The translations under genes were made by a program, and so were the position numbers. 64,000 bases of DNA from Candidatus Moraniibacteriota bacterium (GTDB lineage Bacteria; Patescibacteriota; Minisyncoccia; Moranbacterales; UBA1568): assembly GCA_028688415.1 (NCBI GenBank), contig JAQTYF010000001.1, forward strand, positions 80,627-144,626, in the 5' to 3' direction. Each line of letters opens with the position of its first letter. Within the stretch, counting starts at the first letter, position 1. Below are positions 8,499-19,788 of this stretch, piece after piece. The notes under the pieces were generated by a model that made no database searches, was not told the origin of the DNA, and worked only from the letters and a program-made list of their open reading frames with translations.

Positions 8499-11084
8499 AT
8501 GACGAAAAAAATCGCACCAAAAAACACGTCGCACACCGCTCAGCCATCCGAGTGGATCATCGTTCGGGGTGCGCGTACGCACAATCTGAAGAACGTGACA
8601 GTACAGATGCCACGGAACAAAATGGTTGTTTTCACTGGTCTCTCTGGATCAGGCAAATCGTCTCTCGCATTTGATACCATATTTGCCGAAGGACAGCGTC
8701 GCTATGTGGAGTCACTCTCTGCGTATGCACGGCAGTTTCTGAACACGATGCAGAAGCCGGACGTGGATGAAATCGTCGGACTCTCACCGGCCATCTCTAT
8801 CGATCAGAAATCCGCGAGTCGAAATCCTCGTTCGACCGTGGCGACGATCACCGAAATCTATGACTACCTGCGTGTACTCTACGCTCGTCTCGGTCGTCCG
8901 CACTGTCTCGTGTGTGATCGGGAAATCCAGAAACTTTCTACTGAAGAAATGCTCCTCATCGTCTCCGACAAAGTGAAGCAGGCCCTTACTGTCGCCAAGA
9001 AGAAAAAAATGTTACTGAGTATCACCGCTCCGGTCGTCCGTGGACGCAAGGGAGAATACTATCAGTTGCTCTACAATGCACTGAACAAAGGATTTGCAGA
9101 AATATTTCTCGATGGGGAACGCAAGAGTCTACGTGAGCGTGTCCTCCTCTCCAAAACCAAGAAACATAACATCGATCTGATCGTCGATGAGTTGCCATTG
9201 TTCGAATTTGAAAAATTTCCCGAGACATCGAGAGAACGATTGTCCGAAGCAGTGGAGCGAGCTCTCGAAGAAAGTGACGGACTCGTCAATGTGCGTATCG
9301 GTGATGAGAGTCTCGTTCTGTCCGCCAAGTTTTCTTGTCCGTACGATGGTTTCTCCTACCCGGAAGTCGAGCCGAGGCTGTTCTCGTTCAACTCTCCCTA
9401 TGGTGCATGTGAGGCCTGCAATGGACTCGGGACGAAACATTTTTTCGGTGATGAACCGTGCGAAGTCTGTCATGGATCACGTCTTCGCGAAGAGGCTCTT
9501 CATATCCGTATCGGTGGAAAAAATATCGTGGATGTGACGACGATGATGACCGAGGATGCCAAGAAATTTTTTGACACACTCGAGCTGACTGAACGTGAGA
9601 AACAGATCGCTGCTGTCGTACTCAAGGAAGTCGGTGGACGTCTCCAATTCCTCCTCAATGTCGGACTGAATTATCTCTCACTTTCTCGTCGTGCCAATAC
9701 GCTTTCAGGAGGAGAGGCTCAGCGTATCCGTCTCGCTTCTCAGCTCGGTTCACAACTCGTGGGCGCTCTCTATGTCCTCGATGAACCGACCGTCGGACTG
9801 CATCAGCGTGACAATGATCGTCTCATCGCGACACTCAAAGACCTTCGTGATCTGGGCAATACTATTATCGTCGTCGAACACGATGAAGACACGATCTATG
9901 CTTCTGATTATCTCGTCGATATCGGACCGGGTGCAGGGGTGCATGGTGGTAATGTTGTCGTGTCCGGGTATCTCGATGATTTGCTTCAGTCACCGAAGAA
10001 TGATTCACAGTCACTCACACTCGCGTACTTGCGAGGCGAAGAAAAAATCCGGGTCCCAGAGAAGAGACGCACCAAAGAAAAAGGAACACTGAAAGTGCGT
10101 GGTGGGAAACTGTTCAATATTCATGATATGAATGTCGATGTCCCACTCGGACGGCTCAACGTCATCACCGGTGTCTCCGGCTCGGGCAAGTCGACATTGC
10201 TCTATGAAATCATTCACAAAAACCTCCAGGCTCGTTTCGACAGACGCTACAAATCCAACGAAGTATTTCACTGCAACACATTTACCGGTTCTGAATATTT
10301 GTCGCGCGCCGTACTTATCGATCAGAGTCCGATCGGTCGTACACCAAGATCGAACCCAGCGACGTACACAGGAGCATGGACACATATCCGTGATTTGTTC
10401 GCATCGAGTGAGGACGCTCGGGTACGTGGTTGGAAGGCTGGACGTTTCTCATTCAACCGTCCTGGTGGACGCTGTGAGACCTGTGAAGGAAACGGATTCA
10501 TCGCTGTCGAAATGCATTTTCTCCCGACAGTCTATGTGCCGTGCGATGTCTGCAATGGCAAACGATTCACCAAAGAAACGCTCGAGATTCTCTACAAACA
10601 CAAGAACGTTTTTCAGGTGCTCGATATGACGATCGAAGAAGCGTTCTCGTTCTTCGTGGACATCCCAGCCATCGCTGATCGTCTGAAAACACTGAACGAA
10701 GTCGGTCTCGGATATCTCAAGCTCGGTCAATCGGCGACGACACTGTCGGGTGGTGAAGCGCAACGTGTGAAAATTTCCTCGGAACTCTACCGCAAGATGT
10801 ATGAACGCACGATCTATCTCCTCGATGAACCGACGATCGGACTGCATTATGAAGACGTAAGAAAACTGATCGAGATTCTCGAGAGCCTCGTTCAAAAGGG
10901 GAATACAGTGATCCTCATCGAACACAATATGGATATTATCAAATCAGCGGACTATATCATTGATATCGGTCCCGAAGGTGGAGCAGGTGGTGGCAAGATC
11001 GTCGCTTTTGGTACGCCGGAGGAAGTAGCTCAGATGCCACGCTCGTATACTGGTCAGTATCTGAAAAAAGTCTTGAAAAAATAA
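8499..11084 (+). CDS. uvrA: Excinuclease ABC subunit A (short paralog)
   Basis: [15 protein letters not shown], two LSGGEAQR signatures, zinc-finger Cys pairs. Confidence 0.95.
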   Translation: MTKKIAPKNTSHTAQPSEWIIVRGARTHNLKNVTVQMPRNKMVVFTGLSGSGKSSLAFDTIFAEGQRRYVESLSAYARQFLNTMQKPDVDEIVGLSPAISIDQKSASRNPRSTVATITEIYDYLRVLYARLGRPHCLVCDREIQKLSTEEMLLIVSDKVKQALTVAKKKKMLLSITAPVVRGRKGEYYQLLYNALNKGFAEIFLDGERKSLRERVLLSKTKKHNIDLIVDELPLFEFEKFPETSRERLSEAVERALEESDGLVNVRIGDESLVLSAKFSCPYDGFSYPEVEPRLFSFNSPYGACEACNGLGTKHFFGDEPCEVCHGSRLREEALHIRIGGKNIVDVTTMMTEDAKKFFDTLELTEREKQIAAVVLKEVGGRLQFLLNVGLNYLSLSRRANTLSGGEAQRIRLASQLGSQLVGALYVLDEPTVGLHQRDNDRLIATLKDLRDLGNTIIVVEHDEDTIYASDYLVDIGPGAGVHGGNVVVSGYLDDLLQSPKNDSQSLTLAYLRGEEKIRVPEKRRTKEKGTLKVRGGKLFNIHDMNVDVPLGRLNVITGVSGSGKSTLLYEIIHKNLQARFDRRYKSNEVFHCNTFTGSEYLSRAVLIDQSPIGRTPRSNPATYTGAWTHIRDLFASSEDARVRGWKAGRFSFNRPGGRCETCEGNGFIAVEMHFLPTVYVPCDVCNGKRFTKETLEILYKHKNVFQVLDMTIEEAFSFFVDIPAIADRLKTLNEVGLGYLKLGQSATTLSGGEAQRVKISSELYRKMYERTIYLLDEPTIGLHYEDVRKLIEILESLVQKGNTVILIEHNMDIIKSADYIIDIGPEGGAGGGKIVAFGTPEEVAQMPRSYTGQYLKKVLKK

Positions 11085-11118
11085 GGTTGCTTGTGATAAT
11101 AAAGTCTGATAAAAAGTC

Positions 11119-11143
11119 AAAAAAACCACTCAATGTTGAGTGG
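11119..11143 (-). terminator. Intrinsic terminator for the minus-strand orphan gene
   Basis: On the minus strand CCACTCAA-CA-TTGAGTGG followed by a T-run; a second hairpin plus T-run at ~11147-11194. Confidence 0.6.
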
Positions 11144-11262
11144 GATAAAAAAAGAGGGATGCCACGTGACACAATGTCTTTCGTAGCATCCCTGTAAAGT
11201 CTGATTCCCCTTGAATTCAGGAGGAGGGGACCTGAGAGGAATCAGCATGGCAACAAACCCCG

Positions 11263-11544
11263 TTACAATTCGTATCTCGATTTCGGTTGAAGTGTCGGCA
11301 TACGAACCGATGTGAGTACAAATTTCTTCGGTTGCGCGTTATATTTTTTGATCAACCGTTTGACTTCTCTTTCGGTTTCTCTTTTGAAATAAGGATAGGC
11401 TCCTGATTCAAAACTTCCTCTATTCATCTCAACGACTTTTTTGAAGTAAAAGAGAAATATCTCAAAAGAGAATTTTTGTTTTTCTGTGGCGAGAAAGAGA
11501 TCAAATGTCTCCTGCCCCATCTTTTTTACGAGAGGATAAGCCAT
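11263..11544 (-). CDS. Hypothetical protein (orphan)
   Basis: 93-aa ORF with AAAGGG RBS, its own consensus promoter and downstream terminators. Confidence 0.7.
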   Translation of the reverse strand: MAYPLVKKMGQETFDLFLATEKQKFSFEIFLFYFKKVVEMNRGSFESGAYPYFKRETEREVKRLIKKYNAQPKKFVLTSVRMPTLQPKSRYEL

Positions 11545-11596
11545 GTTGAACCCTTTCTTGTTCGGTGTTTGGTTGTCAAAGAAACGTATTTAGTAT

Positions 11597-11625
11597 ATTA
11601 TACACCTTATTTCTCTCATTGTCAA
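11597..11625 (-). promoter_or_regulatory. Consensus sigma70 promoter
   Basis: Minus strand TTGACA-17 nt-TATAAT. Confidence 0.8.
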
Positions 11626-11629
11626 GTAT

Positions 11630-12946
11630 ATGACACCGATCTCAGACTCTCACAGCCTGTCTCAAGAATGGAAAAAGCTTTTGAGCATAGACTCTTTTCA
11701 TAAAGAAAATAAGCTCCCAGAAGTGCCGGGGGTGTATTTCTTCTTGGACGAGAACCGAGAAATCCTCTATATAGGCAAGGCGACATCGCTCCGTGATCGG
11801 GTGAAGAGCTATTTCTCCCGAGATATACAGGAAACTCGCGGACCGAAAATCAGTTTGATGCTCGACCGTGCACGATACATCGCGTATCGAGAAACCGATT
11901 CGGTACTCGAGGCGCTCATCCTCGAGAGCAACCTCATCAAAGCAAAACAACCTCCGCACAACACCGATGCCAAAGATGACAAAAGCTATTATCTGGTCGC
12001 GATAACAAAAGAGCTCTATCCTCGTGTCCTCATGGTGAGAGGGAGGGACATCGAACAGAAAAAATTTATCGATCCTGTGAAATATCTTTTCGGACCATTC
12101 CCATCTGGAGGAGGATTGCGCGAAGCACTCAAAATCGTGCGAAAACTCTTTCCATTCCGAGACAAATGCAAGCCGTTCGAAAGAACAGCGAAGCATCCTG
12201 AGTTTGTCGAAGAGTTGCATATGAAAAATATTCCGCACCCTTGTTTTTCTGCACAAATAGGACTGTGTCCAGGAGTGTGTTCAGGAAGAATTTCTCGACA
12301 AGAGTATGGAAAAACAATCAATCATATCCGACTTTTCTTTGAAGGACATAAAAACGATATCATCAAACAATTGAAGAGAGAAATGAAAGTGTCTGCAAAA
12401 GAACTCCGATTCGAACGAGCAAACGAAATCAAAAAAACATTGTTCGGATTGCAACATATCCAAGACATCGCTCTTATCAAAGATGATCTGAAAGAACGAC
12501 ATGCGCATCGTATCGAAGCATATGATGTCGCGCATCTCGGAGGAACGGCGAGTGTCGGTGTGATGACCGTTGTAGAACAGAGTCGGAGCAATCCAAGTGA
12601 GTACCGGCAGTTCAAGTTGCGAGGGAAGCACAATGGCAATGATCTGACTGCGCTCGAAGAAATCCTGACACGACGTCTGAAGCACACAGAATGGGCACTA
12701 CCAGAAATCATCGTGGTGGATGGATCGTTGCCCCAAGTGGCAGTAGCGGAAAAAGTACTCACATGTGTGGGTCTTACCATCCCTGTCCTCGGTGTGGTAA
12801 AAGATGAGAAACATCGTCCAGACCATTTTGTCGGAGAAGAGGCGCTTACAAACCGTTTCAAAAAAGAGATGCTTCTCGCGAATAGTGAAGCGCATCGATT
12901 TGCTATTACCTTCCATAGAAAACGTCGTGCAAAAGAATTCCTCTAA
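11630..12946 (+). CDS. uvrC: Excinuclease ABC subunit C (GIY-YIG + UVR + RNase H-like; no C-terminal HhH)
   Basis: PGVY..LYIGKA..LRDRVKSYF, RIEAYDVAH, IVVDG and EAHRFAITFHR. Confidence 0.9.
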   Translation: MTPISDSHSLSQEWKKLLSIDSFHKENKLPEVPGVYFFLDENREILYIGKATSLRDRVKSYFSRDIQETRGPKISLMLDRARYIAYRETDSVLEALILESNLIKAKQPPHNTDAKDDKSYYLVAITKELYPRVLMVRGRDIEQKKFIDPVKYLFGPFPSGGGLREALKIVRKLFPFRDKCKPFERTAKHPEFVEELHMKNIPHPCFSAQIGLCPGVCSGRISRQEYGKTINHIRLFFEGHKNDIIKQLKREMKVSAKELRFERANEIKKTLFGLQHIQDIALIKDDLKERHAHRIEAYDVAHLGGTASVGVMTVVEQSRSNPSEYRQFKLRGKHNGNDLTALEEILTRRLKHTEWALPEIIVVDGSLPQVAVAEKVLTCVGLTIPVLGVVKDEKHRPDHFVGEEALTNRFKKEMLLANSEAHRFAITFHRKRRAKEFL

Positions 12947-13096
12947 ACCGATCAAAAGAGCAGAGAAATCACATTTCTTAAAGAGAGAACGTTTCCTTTA
13001 CACCGCGTGAAAAAGGGTGTATCATTGAAACCAATGTATGTTTTTTCGAGGAGGAGTTTCATCTGTTCTAAAACGTTTTGAGAAAGAAATGACGTT

Positions 13097-15895
13097 ATGC
13101 CAGAGAAAAAATCAGTGATTGAGGTGCGCGGTGCTCGAGTCAATAATTTGAAGAACGTGGATGTCGATATACCGCGCAATTCCCTCGTGGTTATCACAGG
13201 ACTTTCTGGATCAGGAAAATCTTCACTGGCTTTTGATGTTCTTTTTGCAGAGGCGAATCGTCGTTATGTGGAGTCCCTTTCCTCCTACGCACGCAATTTC
13301 CTGGATGGTTTCAACAAACCAGATGTCGATGCGATTCACAATCTTTCTCCTGCTATTTCTATTGATCAGAAGAGTGTCTCTCGCAGTCCTCGTTCGACGG
13401 TTGGTACGATGACGGAAATCTATGATTATTTGCGTATTCTCTTCGCCAAGATAGGTGTGCCACATTGTCCGGACTGTGACAAACAATTGACACGTAAGAG
13501 TGTGAGATCCATCTTAGATGAGATACTCCTCTTGCCTACGGATACCTCTATTGCTTTCCTTGCTCAGAATAAAACGCTTGCTACCAAGACAGAACGAGAA
13601 GCTCTTGCGCTCATCAATACATGGGGGTATGTTCGTGTTTGTTTTCATGGAGCGTTGGTGCCGATCGCACAAGCGATAGCAGAAGCTTCTTCGACAGAAA
13701 TATCTGAAGTAATCATCGTGGTGGATCGACTCGTGTTGGATCTCACTCGTCCTGACAAAGAACGTATTCTCGATTCTCTCCAAACAGCTTTTCGTGTCGG
13801 CGAAGGAACACTGACGCTTCGTATCAATGGTACCGAAGAAGAGCGCGTCTATAATGAAGAATATCGTTGTGAAGAATGTGGAGTGAGTGTGCCAGAATTC
13901 ACACCAAGCAAATTCTCTTTCAATAGTCCAGAAGGAGCCTGTGTCAAATGTGCCGGACTCGGTGTGACGCTCGAATTCGATCCGGAATTGGTTATTCCGA
14001 ATAAGAATCTTTCTCTGGCAGAGGGAGCGATCCGTCCGTGGAGTAAGATGAATGGCGATCGTCATATGGGTAATGGACCAATGCAGTGGCTTCGGAGCGC
14101 GAGCCGTCGACAGAAATTTTCTCTTGATGTACCAGTGAAGAAATTATCGGCTAAACATCTCGCTCTTATTTTGAACGGTGAACTCGATGTACAGCAGGAT
14201 GCCTTTCCTGGAGTGATTGCTTTGCTTGAAAAAAAATACCGTGAGACAAAATCGGATCATTTGAGAGGGGATATCGAAGCCTATATGCTCACGAAACGTT
14301 GCCCGGTCTGTGAAGGGAAACGATTGCGACTTGTTTCTCTTGCGGTGAAGATTGAGGGGATGTCTATCTATGATTTTGTTTCACGAAGTGCCGAAGATTT
14401 TCTTCAGATGATCATGACACTCCATCAACATCTACTCAAAACGGAAGAACGAGGCGTGATCGATCCGCTCTTTCGAGAAATGGAATCTCGAATACGAGCA
14501 GTGGACAAAGTTGGTCTCGGATATATCGAATTGGCGCGAAGTGCTGATACGCTGTCTGGTGGTGAGGCTCAGCGTATACGCCTTTCTGTACAGATGCGAT
14601 CGGGACTATCAGGAATTATCTATGTCCTTGACGAACCGTCTGTCGGTCTTCATAGTCGAGATACTGAACAGCTGATCAGCGCACTCGAAGATCTACGCTC
14701 TGCGAACAATTCTCTCGTCGTTGTCGAGCACGATGTCGCTATTATGAGAAAAGCGGACTATATCATCGATCTCGGACCAGGAGCAGGGAGTGAGGGTGGT
14801 GAGATTATTTTTGCTGGTACTCCAGAAAAATTGATGCATTCCAAGATGTTGACTGGAGAATATCTTTCGGGAAAACGAAACATATCAAATAAAAAAATAA
14901 CACGGAAACTTACCAAAGAAGCTATCACTATTTTTGGAGCGACAGAACATAATCTGAAACATATCGATGTCAGTATTCCTCTCGGAATGCTCGTAGCGGT
15001 CTCAGGTGTTTCTGGCTCTGGAAAATCGACACTCATTCACGATATTCTTTCACGTGCATTATCGAAATATTTCTTCCGTGCCAAGACTGAACCGGGAGCG
15101 TATGAGAAAATGGAGGGATTTTCGAATATCGATAAAATAATCACTGTCACACAAGATCCTATCGGACGTACTCCTCGTTCCAATGCTGCTACATATACCG
15201 GTGTTTTTAGTCTGATTCGAGATCTTTTTGCAGAGACAACAGAAGCAGAACGAGAACGATATTCAGCGAGCTATTTTAGTTTCAATATGCGTGGTGGTCG
15301 GTGTGAGGCGTGTCAGGGTGGGGGACTGAAGAAAATAGAAATGTATCTCTTGCCGGATGTCTATGTACCGTGCGAAGTTTGTCAGGGGACGAGATATAAT
15401 GCGAAAACACTTGCTATTAAATATCGAGGAATGAGTATCGCTGATGTGTTACAGATGACTGTGACAGAAGCGAGACGCTTTTTCTTGGACCAGAAAATGA
15501 TCGAAGAAAAGTTGCGTGTGCTCGAAGAGGTAGGTCTTGGATATCTCGTCTTGGGACAGAATGCGACCAATCTCTCTGGTGGCGAGGCTCAGCGTATCAA
15601 GCTTGCTACGGAACTCGCTCGCAAATCGACCGGCAAAACACTTTATATCCTCGATGAACCGACAATTGGTCTTCATTTTGAGGATGTCCGTCGTTTGCTT
15701 GAAGTTCTCGAAGCACTGGTGGACAAAGGGAATAGTGTACTCGTCGTAGAACACAATATTGATGTGATACGGAGCGCTGATTGGGTGCTCGAACTCGGGC
15801 CTGATGGAGGCGCGCGAGGAGGAGAACTCATTTTTTCTGGACCACCAGAAAAGTTGAAACAATGCAAACGGTCTCCTACTGCAAAGTATCTGTAG
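13097..15895 (+). CDS. uvrA: Excinuclease ABC subunit A (full-length paralog)
   Basis: [23 protein letters not shown], insertion domain present, two ABC signatures. Confidence 0.95.
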   Translation: MPEKKSVIEVRGARVNNLKNVDVDIPRNSLVVITGLSGSGKSSLAFDVLFAEANRRYVESLSSYARNFLDGFNKPDVDAIHNLSPAISIDQKSVSRSPRSTVGTMTEIYDYLRILFAKIGVPHCPDCDKQLTRKSVRSILDEILLLPTDTSIAFLAQNKTLATKTEREALALINTWGYVRVCFHGALVPIAQAIAEASSTEISEVIIVVDRLVLDLTRPDKERILDSLQTAFRVGEGTLTLRINGTEEERVYNEEYRCEECGVSVPEFTPSKFSFNSPEGACVKCAGLGVTLEFDPELVIPNKNLSLAEGAIRPWSKMNGDRHMGNGPMQWLRSASRRQKFSLDVPVKKLSAKHLALILNGELDVQQDAFPGVIALLEKKYRETKSDHLRGDIEAYMLTKRCPVCEGKRLRLVSLAVKIEGMSIYDFVSRSAEDFLQMIMTLHQHLLKTEERGVIDPLFREMESRIRAVDKVGLGYIELARSADTLSGGEAQRIRLSVQMRSGLSGIIYVLDEPSVGLHSRDTEQLISALEDLRSANNSLVVVEHDVAIMRKADYIIDLGPGAGSEGGEIIFAGTPEKLMHSKMLTGEYLSGKRNISNKKITRKLTKEAITIFGATEHNLKHIDVSIPLGMLVAVSGVSGSGKSTLIHDILSRALSKYFFRAKTEPGAYEKMEGFSNIDKIITVTQDPIGRTPRSNAATYTGVFSLIRDLFAETTEAERERYSASYFSFNMRGGRCEACQGGGLKKIEMYLLPDVYVPCEVCQGTRYNAKTLAIKYRGMSIADVLQMTVTEARRFFLDQKMIEEKLRVLEEVGLGYLVLGQNATNLSGGEAQRIKLATELARKSTGKTLYILDEPTIGLHFEDVRRLLEVLEALVDKGNSVLVVEHNIDVIRSADWVLELGPDGGARGGELIFSGPPEKLKQCKRSPTAKYL

Positions 15896-15950
15896 GTTGG
15901 AGATTTCTTTAGGAATTAGGTAGGTATTCGATATTAGGTATTTTATTCTT

Positions 15951-16874
15951 ATGTCCTATCGTTTAGGAAAAAACATCTTGGCAACCGTGACATATTATGA
16001 TGTTTTGGAGATGCCTCTGACTTCTTTCGAAATATGGAAACACCTCATCACGCAGAGTACGGACCAGCTTGCGTGTGATCGTCCTTGTACAATCGGTGAT
16101 ATTGTGAAATTTCTTCGGACGGGTCAATTAGAAAAGAAAATTGAAGAAAAAAATGGATTTTATTTTCTTCCTGGGCGAGAGGTACTCGTAGAGCATCGTA
16201 TCCGAGCGGAGAAAATCTCTGTTGCGAAACTGAAGCGTATGCAGAAACTCGTTGCTCTCCTCGCTTACCTTCCGTACGTCCGCATGCTCGGAGCGACTGG
16301 CAGTCTGGCAATGAAGAACGGCACACGTGAGAGTGATTGGGATATGTTTGTCGTCTTGCGATCAGGAAAAATCTGGATCGGACGAACCCTATTGACAGGT
16401 TTTCTCCATATCATAGGCAAGAGACGTCATGGCAGGAAGATACAGGATCGTGCCTGTCTGAATTATTTTATTACCGATGATAATTTAGAAATCGGAACAA
16501 AAGATCTTTTTTCGGCACACGAATATCGTTTTCTTATACCGTTTTTCGAGAAAAAGCTCTTTCAGACATTTGAGATAAAAAATCGTTGGATTGTGGAATA
16601 TAGACCAAATTTTACCCTGACCACGATACCTGCACTCTGGACAGTGAAAATGAAAAAGCAAAGAACAGCGATACAAGAGCGACTGGAGCAGTTTTTTGAT
16701 CTGCTTCATTTCGAAACATGGCTTGCCAAGTGGCAGAAGGAAAAAATCAAGCGAAATCCCAATACGTTTTTGGAAGGAAGTTTCATCAAGGCAGATGATC
16801 ATAATCTTATTTTTCTGCCTCGTCCACGTGGTCCGCAGGTATTTGAAAAATATAAAAATCGTCTGAGTGCATGA
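15951..16874 (+). CDS. Polymerase-beta-like nucleotidyltransferase domain protein
   Basis: TGSLA...SDWD (GS..DxD) motif. Confidence 0.6.
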   Translation: MSYRLGKNILATVTYYDVLEMPLTSFEIWKHLITQSTDQLACDRPCTIGDIVKFLRTGQLEKKIEEKNGFYFLPGREVLVEHRIRAEKISVAKLKRMQKLVALLAYLPYVRMLGATGSLAMKNGTRESDWDMFVVLRSGKIWIGRTLLTGFLHIIGKRRHGRKIQDRACLNYFITDDNLEIGTKDLFSAHEYRFLIPFFEKKLFQTFEIKNRWIVEYRPNFTLTTIPALWTVKMKKQRTAIQERLEQFFDLLHFETWLAKWQKEKIKRNPNTFLEGSFIKADDHNLIFLPRPRGPQVFEKYKNRLSA

Positions 16875-16951
16875 TAGAAGTCTACCTTTTTGAAATGAAT
16901 TGTGTTACAATAATGATATCGAAAAGTATTTTTGAACACACAAAAACAAAA

Positions 16952-18172
16952 ATGTCGAAATTTTTTTATACTGCAAAAAATATCACGACTGGAGAAAGTT
17001 CTGGTGGTGAATTGGAAGCCAAGGATGAAAAAAGTCTTGCTCAAGAATTACGTTCACAGGGACTTCTTTTGACTTCTCACAAGGCTCTAGAGGAAGAAAA
17101 AACTCTCAATATCAAATTCTTTGATCGTTTTTCGACAGTTCCTCTCAAAGAAAAAATGGTCTTTACTCGCAACTTGTCAGTAATGGTTTCGTCAGGTCTC
17201 ACTGTTTCTCGTGCTGTGCAAAACCTGAGTATCCAGACAAGTAATGCTCGATTCAAAGGTGTTCTCACTTCTGTCTATGATGATGTTCAGGCAGGTAGGA
17301 CGCTCTCCGAAGGTCTCGCACGTTTCCCGAGTGTTTTTGATGAGTTGTTTGTCAATATGGTGAGTGTCGGAGAGATGAGCGGAAACCTGGAAGAAATTCT
17401 CGATATCCTCGCTCTTCAACTCGAGAAAGAGCAGGATCTCTCGAGTAAAGTCAAAGGAGCACTCATCTACCCTGCAGTGATTGTGGTAGCGATGGTCGGT
17501 ATTTCTATATTGATGTTGACCTATATCCTCCCGAAGATCACAGGTGTTTTCAAGGATATGGACGTGACACTTCCTGCAACGACACTTTTCATCATGAAGA
17601 TGAGTGATCTCCTCCGAAATAATGCTATTATGGTGATTATTTTTACCATCATCTTTATTATTGGGGTAAAGATCTTTGCAGGGACTACCACCGGGAAGCG
17701 TTTCTTTAGTCTCTTGTACCTCTATTTGCCTATCGTAGGCGGTATCGTCATCAAGGTGAACTGTGCTCGTTTTGCTCGTATCTATAGCTCACTTTTGAAA
17801 AGTGGTGTTTCTGTAGTGACTGGACTAGGGATTGTCTCCAAGACACTCGGAAATGTGTACTATCAAGATGCTCTCGCAGAAGGTATCGAAGAGGTGCAGA
17901 AAGGCGTTGAACTCAGTAAAATCATCAGAAGATACCCTCATATTTTTCCGATTCTTGTTCCGCAGATTCTTGAAGTAGGTGAAGAAACTGGAAAAACCGA
18001 GACAGTACTTCGTCGTCTGGCAGAATTCTATGAAGAAGAAGTGTCTCAGATTACCAAAAATATGTCATCGATCATTGAACCGATTCTCATGCTTGTTATT
18101 GGTGGTGGTGTAGGATTTTTCGCGGTTGCTATGCTTCAGCCGATGTATAGTGTTCTCGAAAATATCAAATAG
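16952..18172 (+). CDS. pilC: Type IV pilus/T2SS inner-membrane platform protein
   Basis: GEMSGNLE, GALIYP, GEETG and IIEP duplicated GspF motifs; ATG 16952 preferred as start. Confidence 0.92.
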   Translation: MSKFFYTAKNITTGESSGGELEAKDEKSLAQELRSQGLLLTSHKALEEEKTLNIKFFDRFSTVPLKEKMVFTRNLSVMVSSGLTVSRAVQNLSIQTSNARFKGVLTSVYDDVQAGRTLSEGLARFPSVFDELFVNMVSVGEMSGNLEEILDILALQLEKEQDLSSKVKGALIYPAVIVVAMVGISILMLTYILPKITGVFKDMDVTLPATTLFIMKMSDLLRNNAIMVIIFTIIFIIGVKIFAGTTTGKRFFSLLYLYLPIVGGIVIKVNCARFARIYSSLLKSGVSVVTGLGIVSKTLGNVYYQDALAEGIEEVQKGVELSKIIRRYPHIFPILVPQILEVGEETGKTETVLRRLAEFYEEEVSQITKNMSSIIEPILMLVIGGGVGFFAVAMLQPMYSVLENIK

Positions 18173-18300
18173 TTTCAAAGTATTTTTTTTGGAAAATTTC
18201 ATTGTTAGACGCTCTGGTACTCGACACGGTACTCTGAGTACCGCTTACTCCATTCCTCACGTCTGTCGCGAACTTTTCTCAAAAAAAATACTTTGAAGCT
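18171..18300 (+). repeat. Long hairpin element, family C
   Basis: AGTTTCAAAGTATTTTTTTT/AAAAAAAATACTTTGAAGCT outer stem; inner AGACG/CGTCT and GGTACTC/GAGTACC. Confidence 0.8.
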
Positions 18301-18371
18301 TATTACAAAAATCGTTTCTCAATAACAGATTTATAAACAGGGTTATTTGAGGAAATATTTTGATATTTTTT

Positions 18372-19781
18372 ATGCTCGTTACGAGTCGCAAATTACAAAT
18401 GATAAGCCGTAAGGGCTTTACTCTTATTGAAGCACTTGTTTTGTTGTTTATTTTTTCTGTCGTATCGGTGACATTTTTTCAGACGTATGCTGTTGGAACA
18501 CGACTTATTCTCGATGCGAAGAATCGTCTCGGTGCGACGGCCCTCGCGAACCAAAAAATGGAAATTATCCGGAGTATTGATTATGATGCCATCGGGACAA
18601 AACATTGGAACGGAAGCGCATGGGTAACTGGTGTCCCAGCAGGAGATATCCTCGAAGATGAAGACGTAGCAGTGAGTACGACAATGTACCATGTTTATAC
18701 CGTTGTTCAGTATATCGATGATTCTTTTGATGGAGTATTTGGAGGCAGTCCGAATGATGCTATCCCGAATGATTATAAACGAGTGCGGCTGGAAGTGTCA
18801 TGGGGAGATGGTACTCCTGCGAGAACTGTTTCGCTTATTTCTACGCTCACACCAAACGGTATCGAGACTTCAGCTGGTGGTGGAGTGCTCGTGATCAATG
18901 TCTTGGACTCTGGTGGGGCAGGTATTTCGGGTGTACATACTCATATCGTCGGAAGCTCGACTGGTGTCGATACTACCACTGATACCGATGCAACAGGCAA
19001 CATCACTCTGCCTGCTACCCCAGCGAGTATCCCTCTCGGGGCTCAGGATTATGCTATCACTGTTTCCAAAGCGAATTATTATGGAACAACGACGTATGTG
19101 CCATATCCGACAACGACGTATGATCCTGTCGATGAACACATTTCAGTCGTAGCAGATACTCTCAATCCCATAACAATTGTTATGGATCAATCATCAGATA
19201 TTACGCTTCATACTGTCGATCCTTTTGGTACTGCTATACCTAATGTTGACTTCTCTCTCGTAGGAGGAAGGATACTTGGAAATAGTGTTCCGCCAGCCAC
19301 GATGGAATATGGATTTTCTCAAACGACGAGTACGGATGCATCAGGGAATAGAGTTTTTTCGAACGAAAGTTACGGACAATACACACTAACAGTCTCTCCT
19401 TCGGCACCATATGAATTGTACAAGATTGATCCTCCAGAGGCAGCTGCCGATATCCTTGTTGTTTCTCCTGGTGTTGACAAGGAAACGAATATTGTTCTTC
19501 TCGATACTTCGATCGCATCCGCAAAAATAAAAGTAGTGAATGATGCTGATAGTACTGTTCTTACTGGAGCTACCGTACGACTTTCGAACACGCTTCTTGC
19601 ATATGACGTGACGCTGACTACTGATTCGAATGGTTTCGTTTACTTTCCTTCTACATTACCAGCTCTTACCTCGGGAACGTACGATATTGCTGTATCTGTC
19701 GCTGGCTTTGCGGATAAAACAGATACTATTACGATAGAAAGTACTCTACAGAATAAAACGATAAGTCTGACAGCAAATTGA
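18372..19781 (+). CDS. Minor pilin with prepilin cleavage site and carboxypeptidase-regulatory-like (Ig) repeats
   Basis: KG|FTLIE class III signal; beta-rich repeats (GATVRL, GTYDIAVSVAGF); start could be 18372 or 18399. Confidence 0.85.
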   Translation: MLVTSRKLQMISRKGFTLIEALVLLFIFSVVSVTFFQTYAVGTRLILDAKNRLGATALANQKMEIIRSIDYDAIGTKHWNGSAWVTGVPAGDILEDEDVAVSTTMYHVYTVVQYIDDSFDGVFGGSPNDAIPNDYKRVRLEVSWGDGTPARTVSLISTLTPNGIETSAGGGVLVINVLDSGGAGISGVHTHIVGSSTGVDTTTDTDATGNITLPATPASIPLGAQDYAITVSKANYYGTTTYVPYPTTTYDPVDEHISVVADTLNPITIVMDQSSDITLHTVDPFGTAIPNVDFSLVGGRILGNSVPPATMEYGFSQTTSTDASGNRVFSNESYGQYTLTVSPSAPYELYKIDPPEAAADILVVSPGVDKETNIVLLDTSIASAKIKVVNDADSTVLTGATVRLSNTLLAYDVTLTTDSNGFVYFPSTLPALTSGTYDIAVSVAGFADKTDTITIESTLQNKTISLTAN

Positions 19782-19788
19782 TGCTTTT

